A stretch of DNA of 64,000 bases from Candidatus Jacksonbacteria bacterium RIFOXYB2_FULL_44_15 (GTDB lineage: Bacteria; Patescibacteriota; Patescibacteriia; UBA9629), in the NCBI GenBank assembly GCA_001818235.1, contig MHJY01000010.1:17609-81608 (forward strand), read 5' to 3'. The position numbers and the translations under genes are program-made. Shown here piece after piece: positions 25,004 through 34,109 of this stretch (position 1 is the stretch's first letter; every line of letters starts with the position of its first letter). The notes below the pieces were generated by a model. It was given only the letters and a program-made list of their open reading frames with translations. It searched no databases and was not told the origin of the DNA.

Positions 25004-27757
25004 CTACAACTCCGGCGCCTTTTCGATTCTGATTTCGCCGCCGGCCTCCAAATATACCACGTCGCGCCGGCCAACAGCGCCCGAAATCAAGAATGCCGCC
25101 AGCGCGTTTTGAACGTGATCCTGGATCGCCCGTCGCAACGGCCGTGCGCCGTACAGCGGATCAAAGCCCAAGTGCGCCAGTTCCTGCACCGCCTGAGGCG
25201 TGACTTTAAATGTGATGCCTTTCAGCTCGAGCCTTTTTGCGATGTCGATTAAAATCAAATTGGCGATCTGCTCAATGTCCGCGATCGACAATGGTTTAAA
25301 AATAATAATATCATCAAAACGATTAAGGAACTCCGGTTTAAAATATTCCAATAAATCTTGCTTAATAAATTCCTCGCGAATTTCTTCGAGTTTGGCGCCC
25401 TGCTGTAATTTCTCCTGTAACTTTTTAGTCCCGGCATTACTGGTCGCCACAATAATCAAATTAGTAAAATCAATCACTTCGCCCTCGGCTGAGGTCATTC
25501 GGCCATCGTCCATCACCTGCAAAAACAGGTTGAGAATATTTTTATGAGCCTTCTCCAATTCATCAAGCAATAAGATGCAATAAGGGCTGTTGCGCACCGG
25601 CTCGGTTAATAGTCCGGGTTCGTGCGCCGTTCCCAACAGTCGTTGAATACTGCTCATTTCTTGAAATTCCGACATATCTATCCGGATCATATTTTTTTCC
25701 GAACCGAAATAGATCTCCGCGATCCGCTTGGCTAGTTCGGTTTTACCGACGCCAGTCGGCCCGACGAACAAAAAATTAGCGATCGGCCGCCGTTCATCGC
25801 GCAGTTCAGCGCGAGCGCGCCGCAAAGCCGCGGAAACTTGTGAGACAGCGTAATCTTGATCAATATATTCAGCGTGGATTTCGGCCTCCAGATTCATCAA
25901 TTTTACGCTTTCCTCCTGCTCAATCTTTGCCAGCGGCATGTTGATCTTGCGCGATACAATCTTAGCAACGTCTGTTTCGGTAACCACGGTTTTAGGCCCG
26001 CGCTCAGAGGCGACTTGGGCCGCAACTTCCTGCAAGATTTTGAGCGATTTCTCCGGTTGATTTTCGGTATGGATTAATTTATTGGAAAGCTCAACCGCTT
26101 TTTCCAATGCTTGATAAGCAAAAAATACATTGTGTTTGCCCTCGATAAACGGCACGCGAGCTTCCAACATTAAAACAGTGTCTTCAAAATTCGGCTCAGG
26201 AACATCGATTCTGGCTAAAATCTGCCCCAAAGCCGAACGCTCAACATATTTGGTGTAACTTTTATAATCCGCGGTGCCAATCACCAAAAACCTACCGCCT
26301 TCTAATATTTGCACCAAAACCTGATCAATGCCCATGGTTTCAGTTCCGCTTTCCGCTCGCAGTCCCACGCCAACCAAATTTTGAATATCTTTAATAAATA
26401 GTACGATGTTGCCGGAATGAGCGGTCTCATACAAAGCTTGATACAAACGCTCTGAGGCACGTGCCGGGTCACCGCCGGCCAGCAGACTGGCCACGCTCAG
26501 CGATACTAAACGCTTATCCTGCAAAATCTCCGGTACCATTTCCGCCGCCATCTGTTGCGCCAATTCCTCCACCATGCTGGATTTCCCGACTCCAGGCCGA
26601 CCCACCAGTACGATACCATGCGCCCCGCCTTGAAAAACAGTGTAAATTTGCTCCATTTCGCGTTCATGGCCAAGCGACGGTGGCAAAGCGCCCTGGCGCG
26701 CCAAAGAAGTTATATCTCGGCTAAAGGCATTTAAATACCTGGTCTGGACAGCGGTCATCGCCCGGTTCATTCCGTATTTTGACTTAAACTGCGAAAGACC
26801 GCGCCGATGCGACTGCTTAGTGCGCAAATTTTCCTCCAGTTCGATCCAAAGTACCAGATGGCGCAATTTATAAGCTTCAATGTCCAAATCGTACAAAATT
26901 TCCCGCGCATAACCACCGACTTCAGCCAATGGTATCCATAAATCCGTCAGTTTAACCTTAGCGTTGCCGCCGCGATTATAAACTTCCCAATACGCCTGCA
27001 ATAAAATCTTTTGCAAAGCCGCTGAAAAAGAAATTTCGTGTTTTACTCCGGAGTGCATTTCCGCAAACATGCAACCTTCCAAACCACGTTTAATTTTACC
27101 GACTAATACTCCAGCGTTAATTCCCAATCGCCAAAGAATTATTTTTGATGTTGTCTGCGGCAGTAAGGTCGCCAGCAAATGCAATGGATTTACTTCGTGA
27201 TACTGATTATTGTAAGCTAAAAAAAACGTCTCTTCCAAAATATTTCGCGTTAAATGATTAAATGTTTCGGTAATGTCTATTAACCTCGGCTTCTCCCCGC
27301 CGGGTTTAGGAAAACGAGCGTACTCTTTTTTGATTACGTACTCCTCCAATTCTTCCTGGCGCGCAAAACGATAAATTAAATATAAGTCTGATAAAAAAGT
27401 GAATAGAAATAACCGCAGATAAATATTGTTGATGAGCCAAAAATCTTTCGCCAAAAAACCAAGCGGCAAACTAACCTTCAATGCAATAACCCTTTGATAA
27501 ATGTAAAAAGCCAGCAGTAAAATACCAAGACCGGCAATGCAGTAAAGCGTAAAGTTAATGACAAAATCTAATTTTAAAAGCGACCGCCTCTTGGTAATTT
27601 CCCAGGGAGTCAGTTTATTAAAATCAAAAAAGAAAGTCTTTTGGCCGATTTTGAGGTAAACTGGGGCTTTCCCGGTCTGAGAACACTCTGGGCACGGAGC
27701 GCTACCAACAAAACCAGCTCCTTGACATTGTGGACAAACTACGAACAATTCCTCCAT
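25004..27757 (-). CDS. ClpC/ClpA-like AAA+ chaperone with an N-terminal zinc-ribbon and membrane anchor
   Basis: CPQCQGAG...CPECSQTG zinc ribbon, two or three transmembrane helices, tandem Clp_N repeats, and two AAA modules (GRPGVGKSS; GPTGVGKTELAK). It ends with PEFLNRFDDIIIFKPL. Confidence 0.85.
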   Translation of the reverse strand: MEELFVVCPQCQGAGFVGSAPCPECSQTGKAPVYLKIGQKTFFFDFNKLTPWEITKRRSLLKLDFVINFTLYCIAGLGILLLAFYIYQRVIALKVSLPLGFLAKDFWLINNIYLRLFLFTFLSDLYLIYRFARQEELEEYVIKKEYARFPKPGGEKPRLIDITETFNHLTRNILEETFFLAYNNQYHEVNPLHLLATLLPQTTSKIILWRLGINAGVLVGKIKRGLEGCMFAEMHSGVKHEISFSAALQKILLQAYWEVYNRGGNAKVKLTDLWIPLAEVGGYAREILYDLDIEAYKLRHLVLWIELEENLRTKQSHRRGLSQFKSKYGMNRAMTAVQTRYLNAFSRDITSLARQGALPPSLGHEREMEQIYTVFQGGAHGIVLVGRPGVGKSSMVEELAQQMAAEMVPEILQDKRLVSLSVASLLAGGDPARASERLYQALYETAHSGNIVLFIKDIQNLVGVGLRAESGTETMGIDQVLVQILEGGRFLVIGTADYKSYTKYVERSALGQILARIDVPEPNFEDTVLMLEARVPFIEGKHNVFFAYQALEKAVELSNKLIHTENQPEKSLKILQEVAAQVASERGPKTVVTETDVAKIVSRKINMPLAKIEQEESVKLMNLEAEIHAEYIDQDYAVSQVSAALRRARAELRDERRPIANFLFVGPTGVGKTELAKRIAEIYFGSEKNMIRIDMSEFQEMSSIQRLLGTAHEPGLLTEPVRNSPYCILLLDELEKAHKNILNLFLQVMDDGRMTSAEGEVIDFTNLIIVATSNAGTKKLQEKLQQGAKLEEIREEFIKQDLLEYFKPEFLNRFDDIIIFKPLSIADIEQIANLILIDIAKRLELKGITFKVTPQAVQELAHLGFDPLYGARPLRRAIQDHVQNALAAFLISGAVGRRDVVYLEAGGEIRIEKAPEL

Positions 27758-27870
27758 AAATTATGATTTAATGATACTGCTTTTAATTTTTAGCGTCAAT
27801 TAAAAAAAGCGGGGTATTTGGATCCCCGCCCTCGAAACCTTATTTGTTTTTAATTTGATAATAAACAGCT

Positions 27871-29856
27871 TTAATCCACCGTCAGCCCAGTAGCCGGTGA
27901 CGCAGCCGGCAAGCTGGCAGGTGGATTTAAAGTATTGTTGACGCTACCGTCGCCGGTCGCTACATCAGGATTAAGCGTGCTGTTACCAGTATCAGGGCTT
28001 TTGCCGACCAAACAAACCGCCTGCCAAGGACGATAGTGAGAATAAAAAGTCTCTTCTTTTTTAGTGCCATCAGCATAAACCACCGCGTAATCAAACTGCG
28101 TATCAGCCCCGTTATGGGCACTTTCGGTGCATTTAGTAATTCCAGGCGCGATATCCGTAGTCTCAATAAATTTTTTAGCTGGCGGCTTAGTAATATTATA
28201 TATTTTAGGATCAGAAATAGTCACTTGCCGTCCGTCTTTAGTCCCCCAAAATTCAAAAAATACTTCATTGCCTTTGATGGTAGTCTGAATAAGAATATGC
28301 GTACTCATGTTATTTCGAAAACGGCAATCCGGATGAGGCGGGTAGATAGTGCAATCTGTTCCGGCTGGCTCATAATAAACTACCCGGTAGCTATGGCTCC
28401 GGCGCTCGGTAATTTCCAAACCACTCTGCAAGGCGCCGCGAAAAAGAGTAGTGCCAATTTGGCATAACCCGCCACCGTATTCAGGTATGGTTCTGTTGCC
28501 CTTAATCACCAGCTCAGGCAAATAGCCGTTTTGGCCGTCGATTGCCCCCAAAGCCGCGGCTAAAGAAAATTCTTCGCCCGGCGGAACTAATAAACCATTT
28601 AATGCCGCCGCGCCAACCGCGATGTTGTGTCGCCTGTTAGCCGGACTGCCGGCAAAATTTGATTTGCCGATACCGACAATTTCTTTAATGCCCAAATCAT
28701 TTATTGATTCTGTCGAATATTTTGGCAAAACTTTTTCGGTAATAATCTCAATTGGTTCGTTAACTAAACTTTCGTCGAAAAAAAATTTGTTAGTTGCCTC
28801 CAAAGTTTGGGCATAGGAGATCTGCCTGCCTTCGCTGCTCGGTTTAAACTCAGATACTTTGCCGGAAGAAGTTAACTGAAATCGGGCTTCTTGAACCGGG
28901 AGCTCGACTGCTGGAGCAATATGTTCCTGTAAATAAGCAATCAACCCGTCGTTAAACGCCAGCATCCCGTCTGAAATTGACAGCCAGTCTTTATATTGAT
29001 TTTTGTTTATTAATAATGTCTCGGTAGCTGTCGTCGCTTCGGTTGAATCTGTATATTTAAAAAAGATGTCTGACCGACTGATAAACAACTGTTCCATCTC
29101 GGCCTTTTTACTGGAAAGCTCGGCTACTGTAACTTTAGGCAAATCTTTTTTGGCTGTCAAAGTTACTACGGGCATTGCTATCTCGCTTAGGGCGTTGCGC
29201 GTTTGTGCGATCGCCGCATCATAATCCGGCATTATTCCAGACTCCTCGGGAATAATCATTATTTTTAAATTATTGTCAATCTGCAATTTGGCATCATGAG
29301 CCGACATTTCTTGATCCTTAAAATTTTCCTGCAACGTTGCCTTAAACTTATCGTCATACAGTGTATACTGTAATAAAATTTTCCTGGGATTACGCAATAA
29401 TTCAATTTTTGATTTAAAATCCGGCCAAAAATCTCCGGTTCGCCCAATTTCCATTATGTTTTCTAAGGTAGCCTCAGTATTGACGCTAACGAGTTCGTAG
29501 GTCAAATCCGGATCAGTCGTCGCGACGACTTGAGGCCAAACCGTCACCTGCTGATTTTTATACGTAAACAACATGCCGTCGCTCTCCAAACTTCGTTTAT
29601 AATTATTTATTAACTCCGCTAACTCGGCGCGCTTTAGACCGCTGATTTTGTTGCGGCCAAGCATGATTCCCGCGTAAACGCGGCCCTGATATTTAATCTC
29701 GTATCCCCAGACTACCATCAAAAAACTAAATGAAGTAAACCAAATAATTAAAAAAAATACGGCTAGATAACGCAGCCGCTTCTTCCGGTTAGCTGTCACG
29801 ACACCAATCTCTTTTCGTTCAAAATTGTGCGCCAAAAAATTATTCTTGCGGGACAT
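27871..29856 (-). CDS. VanW-family protein with N-terminal membrane anchor
   Basis: GGGLCQIGTTLFRGALQSGLEITERRSHSY VanW signature, with a long C-terminal extension. Confidence 0.75.
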   Translation of the reverse strand: MSRKNNFLAHNFERKEIGVVTANRKKRLRYLAVFFLIIWFTSFSFLMVVWGYEIKYQGRVYAGIMLGRNKISGLKRAELAELINNYKRSLESDGMLFTYKNQQVTVWPQVVATTDPDLTYELVSVNTEATLENIMEIGRTGDFWPDFKSKIELLRNPRKILLQYTLYDDKFKATLQENFKDQEMSAHDAKLQIDNNLKIMIIPEESGIMPDYDAAIAQTRNALSEIAMPVVTLTAKKDLPKVTVAELSSKKAEMEQLFISRSDIFFKYTDSTEATTATETLLINKNQYKDWLSISDGMLAFNDGLIAYLQEHIAPAVELPVQEARFQLTSSGKVSEFKPSSEGRQISYAQTLEATNKFFFDESLVNEPIEIITEKVLPKYSTESINDLGIKEIVGIGKSNFAGSPANRRHNIAVGAAALNGLLVPPGEEFSLAAALGAIDGQNGYLPELVIKGNRTIPEYGGGLCQIGTTLFRGALQSGLEITERRSHSYRVVYYEPAGTDCTIYPPHPDCRFRNNMSTHILIQTTIKGNEVFFEFWGTKDGRQVTISDPKIYNITKPPAKKFIETTDIAPGITKCTESAHNGADTQFDYAVVYADGTKKEETFYSHYRPWQAVCLVGKSPDTGNSTLNPDVATGDGSVNNTLNPPASLPAASPATGLTVD

Positions 29857-30067
29857 TGTTAAAAATCTCGTTTAATATTTTCTTGGCTAATACTTGCTGG
29901 TCTTGCGTCACTCCCTCTGCGTCTTTAATTTCGACAATAACAACATCACCTTCTTTTAACCCAGGCGGCAAATTCGCTGATTCCCAATGTAAAATTTGTC
30001 CGTTTTCTATAATGATCACTGCCTGCCCTCCCTCGATTCGGTCAATGACTGCTTTCTTAATGTACAT
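29840..30067 (-). CDS. DUF3006 domain protein
   Basis: VIDRIEGGQAVIIIENGQ...LPPGLKEGDVV pattern. Confidence 0.55.
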   Translation of the reverse strand: MYIKKAVIDRIEGGQAVIIIENGQILHWESANLPPGLKEGDVVIVEIKDAEGVTQDQQVLAKKILNEIFNNVPQE

Positions 30068-30073
30068 AAATCA

Positions 30074-30592
30074 TCAACTGCTTTGATCAGTTACTTTAAT
30101 GTGAATTTTCTGCACCTGTTTGGCTTTGGGCAACCGGATGGTTAAAATCCCCTTTTTAAATTCCGCGACGGCGGCATCAGCTTGAATCTCCTGCGGTAAA
30201 ATAATGGAGCGAGAAAAAGAGCCCCAATAACATTCTTGATAAAAATAATTTTGCCGCTGGATCTCCTCTTCTTGTTTGCGAGTGCCGCGAATCGTAATCA
30301 TGTCGTTACTGATAGAGATATCTAAATTCTCCGAGTCAACCCCAGCCACTGCCGACTTAATAACAATCTCATCATCTGTCTGATAAACATCAACTGATAA
30401 TTGGCCATCATAATTTTGTCCAGCCCACTCTGTCATATCTTCACCGGCGGCCCCTCCAGCCCTTATTTTTTTACTCATTTCTTGTTCTGATTGATTAGGA
30501 GACTCTTCTGTTTGCACGCCAATAGTTTCCGTCTCTGGTTCGCTCGACTTTTTAATTCCCGTAATTTTAGCAAAAAAAGATCGACTGATCAT
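30074..30592 (-). CDS. Hsp20/alpha-crystallin small heat-shock protein
   Basis: Alpha-crystallin domain (DVYQTDDEIVIKSAVAGVDSENLDISI...GILTIRLPKA). Confidence 0.85.
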   Translation of the reverse strand: MISRSFFAKITGIKKSSEPETETIGVQTEESPNQSEQEMSKKIRAGGAAGEDMTEWAGQNYDGQLSVDVYQTDDEIVIKSAVAGVDSENLDISISNDMITIRGTRKQEEEIQRQNYFYQECYWGSFSRSIILPQEIQADAAVAEFKKGILTIRLPKAKQVQKIHIKVTDQSS

Positions 30593-30710
30593 ATGGCCAA
30601 AAATTTTCGATTATCAATTTTTTAAAAAATCGAAATCAAAATGGTTATTCAGTGATTTGATATTAACAAAACTATTATATACTAAAATGTTTTTTTGGTC
30701 TACTCCCCGG

Positions 30711-30730
30711 ATGTCGCTCGCGAGCGACAT
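30711..30730. promoter_or_regulatory. Perfect 20-bp palindrome ATGTCGCTCGCGAGCGACAT about 120 bp upstream of hsp20
   Basis: Exact inverted repeat. It does not match CIRCE or HAIR consensus and may be an operator for an unknown regulator. Confidence 0.35.
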
Positions 30731-31417
30731 GGCCCATTGCAATTCATAAGCCAAATAATGATTCTAAAAAAAATAAGGGCACAACGGAAGCGCCCGGTTG
30801 AAAATTGTTTCACGGCGTCCAAATTGTGCCCTATGCTCTGATTTAGAGCACAGGGTACTACTTCTTCTACTCTTTTATAAGTAGCAAAAGTAATTTCCTT
30901 GAATTTGACTCTAAACCAGTTTATTCTTACCATTCCTAGGTGGACATTAAGCCGTTTTTTTATGCTTAAAGCCCCCAAACTAATTCTTCTTTTTTTATTT
31001 AATTTTTTTGTTTTTGTTTTGTCCTTTTTATTGATCCTCCTATGGAGCATAAGCTCCACTAAGAGGTTAGAGAATTATGGAACAGTTAAGAATCTAGATA
31101 CTTTAACAGTTTTATCTATCGCTAGATAATCCGACTGAACTCTTCGCTAAAGATAAATCTCCGCAAAGAGTTAATGTGGGCGTTAAAGCATCTAAACTCT
31201 CACTGTTCCTTACCTCGTAATATTTTCAAAGAACTTTCATATCTCTATTGGTTACATTATATCATTCTTAGTTAGTGCGGTCAATCGTCGAAGTTAAATA
31301 ATTGTGTTTCCATTTTATGCGTAATTAAAGCTAAAATTACTGTCAGTAAATAATAATTTTTTGACTCTGTTGATAACTATTTATTTGTTACTCACTATTT
31401 TTTCAAAATATATTAAT

Positions 31418-31437
31418 TTATCCACAATTTATCCACA
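31418..31437 (+). promoter_or_regulatory. Two perfect tandem DnaA boxes (TTATCCACA x2, 11-bp phasing) in an AT-rich gene-free region; candidate oriC
   Basis: Exact 9-mer consensus at 31418-31426 and 31429-31437. Further 7-8/9 boxes lie at 31549-31568. CTGTAGAC iteron-like repeats recur to the right, and an AT-rich stretch lies immediately to the left. Confidence 0.4.
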
Positions 31438-31439
31438 AT

Positions 31440-31871
31440 AAAACTAAAAAGCACCTACCAAAAGGTGCCCTTTAGTCTCCTCCCCGATAACTCGAGGAGG
31501 AGTAAGAGGTGATACTGCCCACAAATCTCTGTAGCACTGCAGTTTTTAAGTGGATAACTTATCTACAGTACTACGACTGGACCAAACTAATCTAGCGTTA
31601 AACACTAATTAGTAGCCCAGCCATAATCTGTAGACAAGAGAATTACCCAAAGGCAATCCTAAGACGAATCCTAGGAAACCTCTGCCTTTCGCCCATTTTG
31701 ATAATCGTAATTACCCAAATAGGCGAAAGGTTCTAAACGTTACCGTATAAGAAAGATAATCCCCATGCTTGTCGTGCCTACAGAGACATAAAGCCGAAAT
31801 TATCGGAAAATCTTCATATCTCTGTAGACCTCTTATATCTTAATTAACAAACAACTTACTTAATTTAAAGA
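31440..31871 (-). ncRNA. Candidate ~430-nt non-coding RNA on the minus strand (promoter to intrinsic terminator), class unknown
   Basis: Minus-strand TTGACA(31906-31901)-N17-TAAGAT(31883-31878) promoter. A hairpin gcacctaccaaaaggtgc at 31451-31468 is followed on the minus strand by TTTTTAGTTTT. No ORF lies between them. I could not match it to tmRNA, RNase P or 6S. Confidence 0.25.
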
Positions 31872-32008
31872 CCCAGTATCTTAGCACACAATAAAAAAAC
31901 TGTCAAGGGCCGCCTTTGCTTTCTGATTTCTACGGTGTTACAATAAAAAAAGCTTAGCACTGTCTACAAAATAATACGCTAATTAAATATCAGATATTTC
32001 ACTAATTT

Positions 32009-33019
32009 ATGAAAAAATCAGAAAATTTAAATACAGCCCTGTCGCCGGATTTAGAACCTGAAGTCGAAATTACTTTACGTCCACAAAATCTGACTGAATT
32101 TGTTGGTCAAAATCAGATCAAAAAAAATCTTGCAATTTCGATTCAAGCCGCACAATATCGAAACGACTCTCTCGAACATATATTGCTTTATGGCCCGGCT
32201 GGGCTGGGAAAAACTACCCTTGCCCATATTATCGCCAAGGAGACTGGCAACTACATTCATGCCACTTCTGGCCCGGCAATCGCGAGAGCCGGCGATCTGG
32301 CGGCCTTATTAACTAACCTCCAAGCCGGCGAAATACTTTTTATTGACGAAATCCATCGACTTAACAAAACAATCGAGGAGATTTTATATCCAGCCATGGA
32401 AGACTATAAACTTGACCTGATCGTCGGCAAAGGACCCTCAGCCCGCACTCTTAAATTAGAATTGCCCCGTTTTACCTTAATTGGCGCAACCACCCGTTTA
32501 AGTTTACTGTCATCGCCTTTGCGCGATCGTTTTGGTTTTATCCATCGCCTAAAATTTTATAAAGATGAACATATTAAAGAAATAATTAACCGTTCCGCCA
32601 ATATCTTAAATATTGTGATTGATGATGAGGCCGCTTCTACTCTGGCCGCGCGGTCGCGTAAGACGCCCCGCATCGCTAACCGCCTGCTCAAACGAGTGCG
32701 TGATTTTTGCCAAGTTAAAGGAGACGGACAGATATCACCTGATCTCACCAACCAAACCTTAGAATTACTGGAAATTGACGAACTCGGCTTGGATGATATT
32801 GATCGCCGAATTCTAGAAATTATTATCGAGAAATTTAACGGAGGCCCAGTCGGATTAAGCACGATCGCCGCCGCAATCGGTGAAGAAGAAGAAACAATCG
32901 CCGAAATTTACGAACCGTATTTGATGCAAATCGGCTTTCTCGCTCGCACGCCGCGGGGTCGCCAAGTTACCGAATCCGCTTACCAACATCTGCACCTTAC
33001 GCCGGTAAAACTTTTTTAG
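32009..33019 (+). CDS. ruvB: Holliday junction branch migration helicase RuvB
   Basis: [14 protein letters not shown] Walker A, a RuvB_N/AAA module, and a winged-helix C-terminus. Confidence 0.9.
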   Translation: MKKSENLNTALSPDLEPEVEITLRPQNLTEFVGQNQIKKNLAISIQAAQYRNDSLEHILLYGPAGLGKTTLAHIIAKETGNYIHATSGPAIARAGDLAALLTNLQAGEILFIDEIHRLNKTIEEILYPAMEDYKLDLIVGKGPSARTLKLELPRFTLIGATTRLSLLSSPLRDRFGFIHRLKFYKDEHIKEIINRSANILNIVIDDEAASTLAARSRKTPRIANRLLKRVRDFCQVKGDGQISPDLTNQTLELLEIDELGLDDIDRRILEIIIEKFNGGPVGLSTIAAAIGEEEETIAEIYEPYLMQIGFLARTPRGRQVTESAYQHLHLTPVKLF

Positions 33020-33074
33020 TTATCTCCTCTAAATAAAAAAGGGATCCAAAAAATTCCCTTTTTTTATTTTATCC

Positions 33075-34019
33075 TTAGGCTTTATGGTATGCTTTAATAA
33101 ATCTAATAGTGCCGCTTTGAGAACGCATCATCACTGAATGCGTAGTTATAAAGTCATCACCATAAGTTACTCCTCCCAAAATCGGACTCGGAGAAACGCC
33201 GGTCGCAACCAGCAAAGCCGAGCCTTTTATTAAATCATTAAGCTCATATACTTTATTCAAATCAGCCATACCCCGATCTTTGGCCTGCTTCAAAAATTCG
33301 TCGTTATGAGGCTTTAGCATCGCCTGCATATCGCCACCTAACGATTTTATCCCGGCCGCTGTAATCACCGCCTCTGGCGCCCCGCCAATACCGATCATCA
33401 TATCTATCTCCCAGTCAGAGATGGCTGGCGCTAAACCATGAGCGACTGTCCCGTGCTCAAACAAAACTACCCTGGCCCCTAACCGCCGTACAACGGCAAT
33501 ATAATGCTGATTACGCTCTCGCTCCAAAATGGCAATCGTCATCTCGGACGGCTTTTTATGGCTGGCACGCGCAACCTTTTTAATGTTTTCCTCCAGCGGC
33601 GCTTGAATATCGATTAAACCACGCCCAACAGGACCGACGCTTAATTGGTCCATATATGTGCCAGGCGGAGCCAAAAGACTACCCTTGGGGCCGAAAGCTA
33701 TTACCGAGATTGCGCCAGCTTTCCCGGCCGCGGTTAAACTGGTACCCTCCAGCGGATCAACGGCAATGTCAAACTCCAGCGCGTCTTTGCCGGTAGCTCG
33801 GCCAACTTTCTCTCCGATATATAACATCGGAGCTTCGTCTTTTTCGCCTTCGCCAATCACTACCGTACCCCGAAAATCAATATCATTCAACCGCGCCCGC
33901 ATTGCCTCTACAGCCGCCTGGTCAGCTGAATTTTTATCGCCGCGACCCAGCCACTTGCTGGCGGCAATGGCCGCTGCCTCGGTAACTCGAACAAACTCTA
34001 AAGCCAAGTTGCGATCCAT
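33075..34019 (-). CDS. glpX: Fructose-1,6-bisphosphatase class II (GlpX)
   Basis: MDRNLALEFVRVTEAAAIAASKWLGRGDKNSADQAAVEAMR N-terminus characteristic of GlpX. Confidence 0.85.
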   Translation of the reverse strand: MDRNLALEFVRVTEAAAIAASKWLGRGDKNSADQAAVEAMRARLNDIDFRGTVVIGEGEKDEAPMLYIGEKVGRATGKDALEFDIAVDPLEGTSLTAAGKAGAISVIAFGPKGSLLAPPGTYMDQLSVGPVGRGLIDIQAPLEENIKKVARASHKKPSEMTIAILERERNQHYIAVVRRLGARVVLFEHGTVAHGLAPAISDWEIDMMIGIGGAPEAVITAAGIKSLGGDMQAMLKPHNDEFLKQAKDRGMADLNKVYELNDLIKGSALLVATGVSPSPILGGVTYGDDFITTHSVMMRSQSGTIRFIKAYHKA

Positions 34020-34109
34020 ACGTTACTGAAAATCACGGTCAAAATTTCTAAAAAAATTAATGTTTTGACCCCGATTCTTTATTAAAACTTATGTGATTAA
34101 AGCTTTATC

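Noticed and set aside
30593-30710. Searched upstream of hsp20 for CIRCE or HAIR operators
   Set aside because: Neither TTAGCACTC-N9-GAGTGCTAA nor CTTGAGT-N7-ACTCAAG is present. Only the novel 20-bp palindrome and an AT-rich inverted repeat (ttcgat...atcgaa) were found.
30700-31129. Two overlapping ORFs (119 aa minus, 76 aa plus) in the gene-free region
   Set aside because: Lys/Arg-rich or Leu/Phe-rich low-complexity translations of AT-rich DNA, mutually overlapping, with no RBS. The region is better explained as non-coding (origin or ncRNA).
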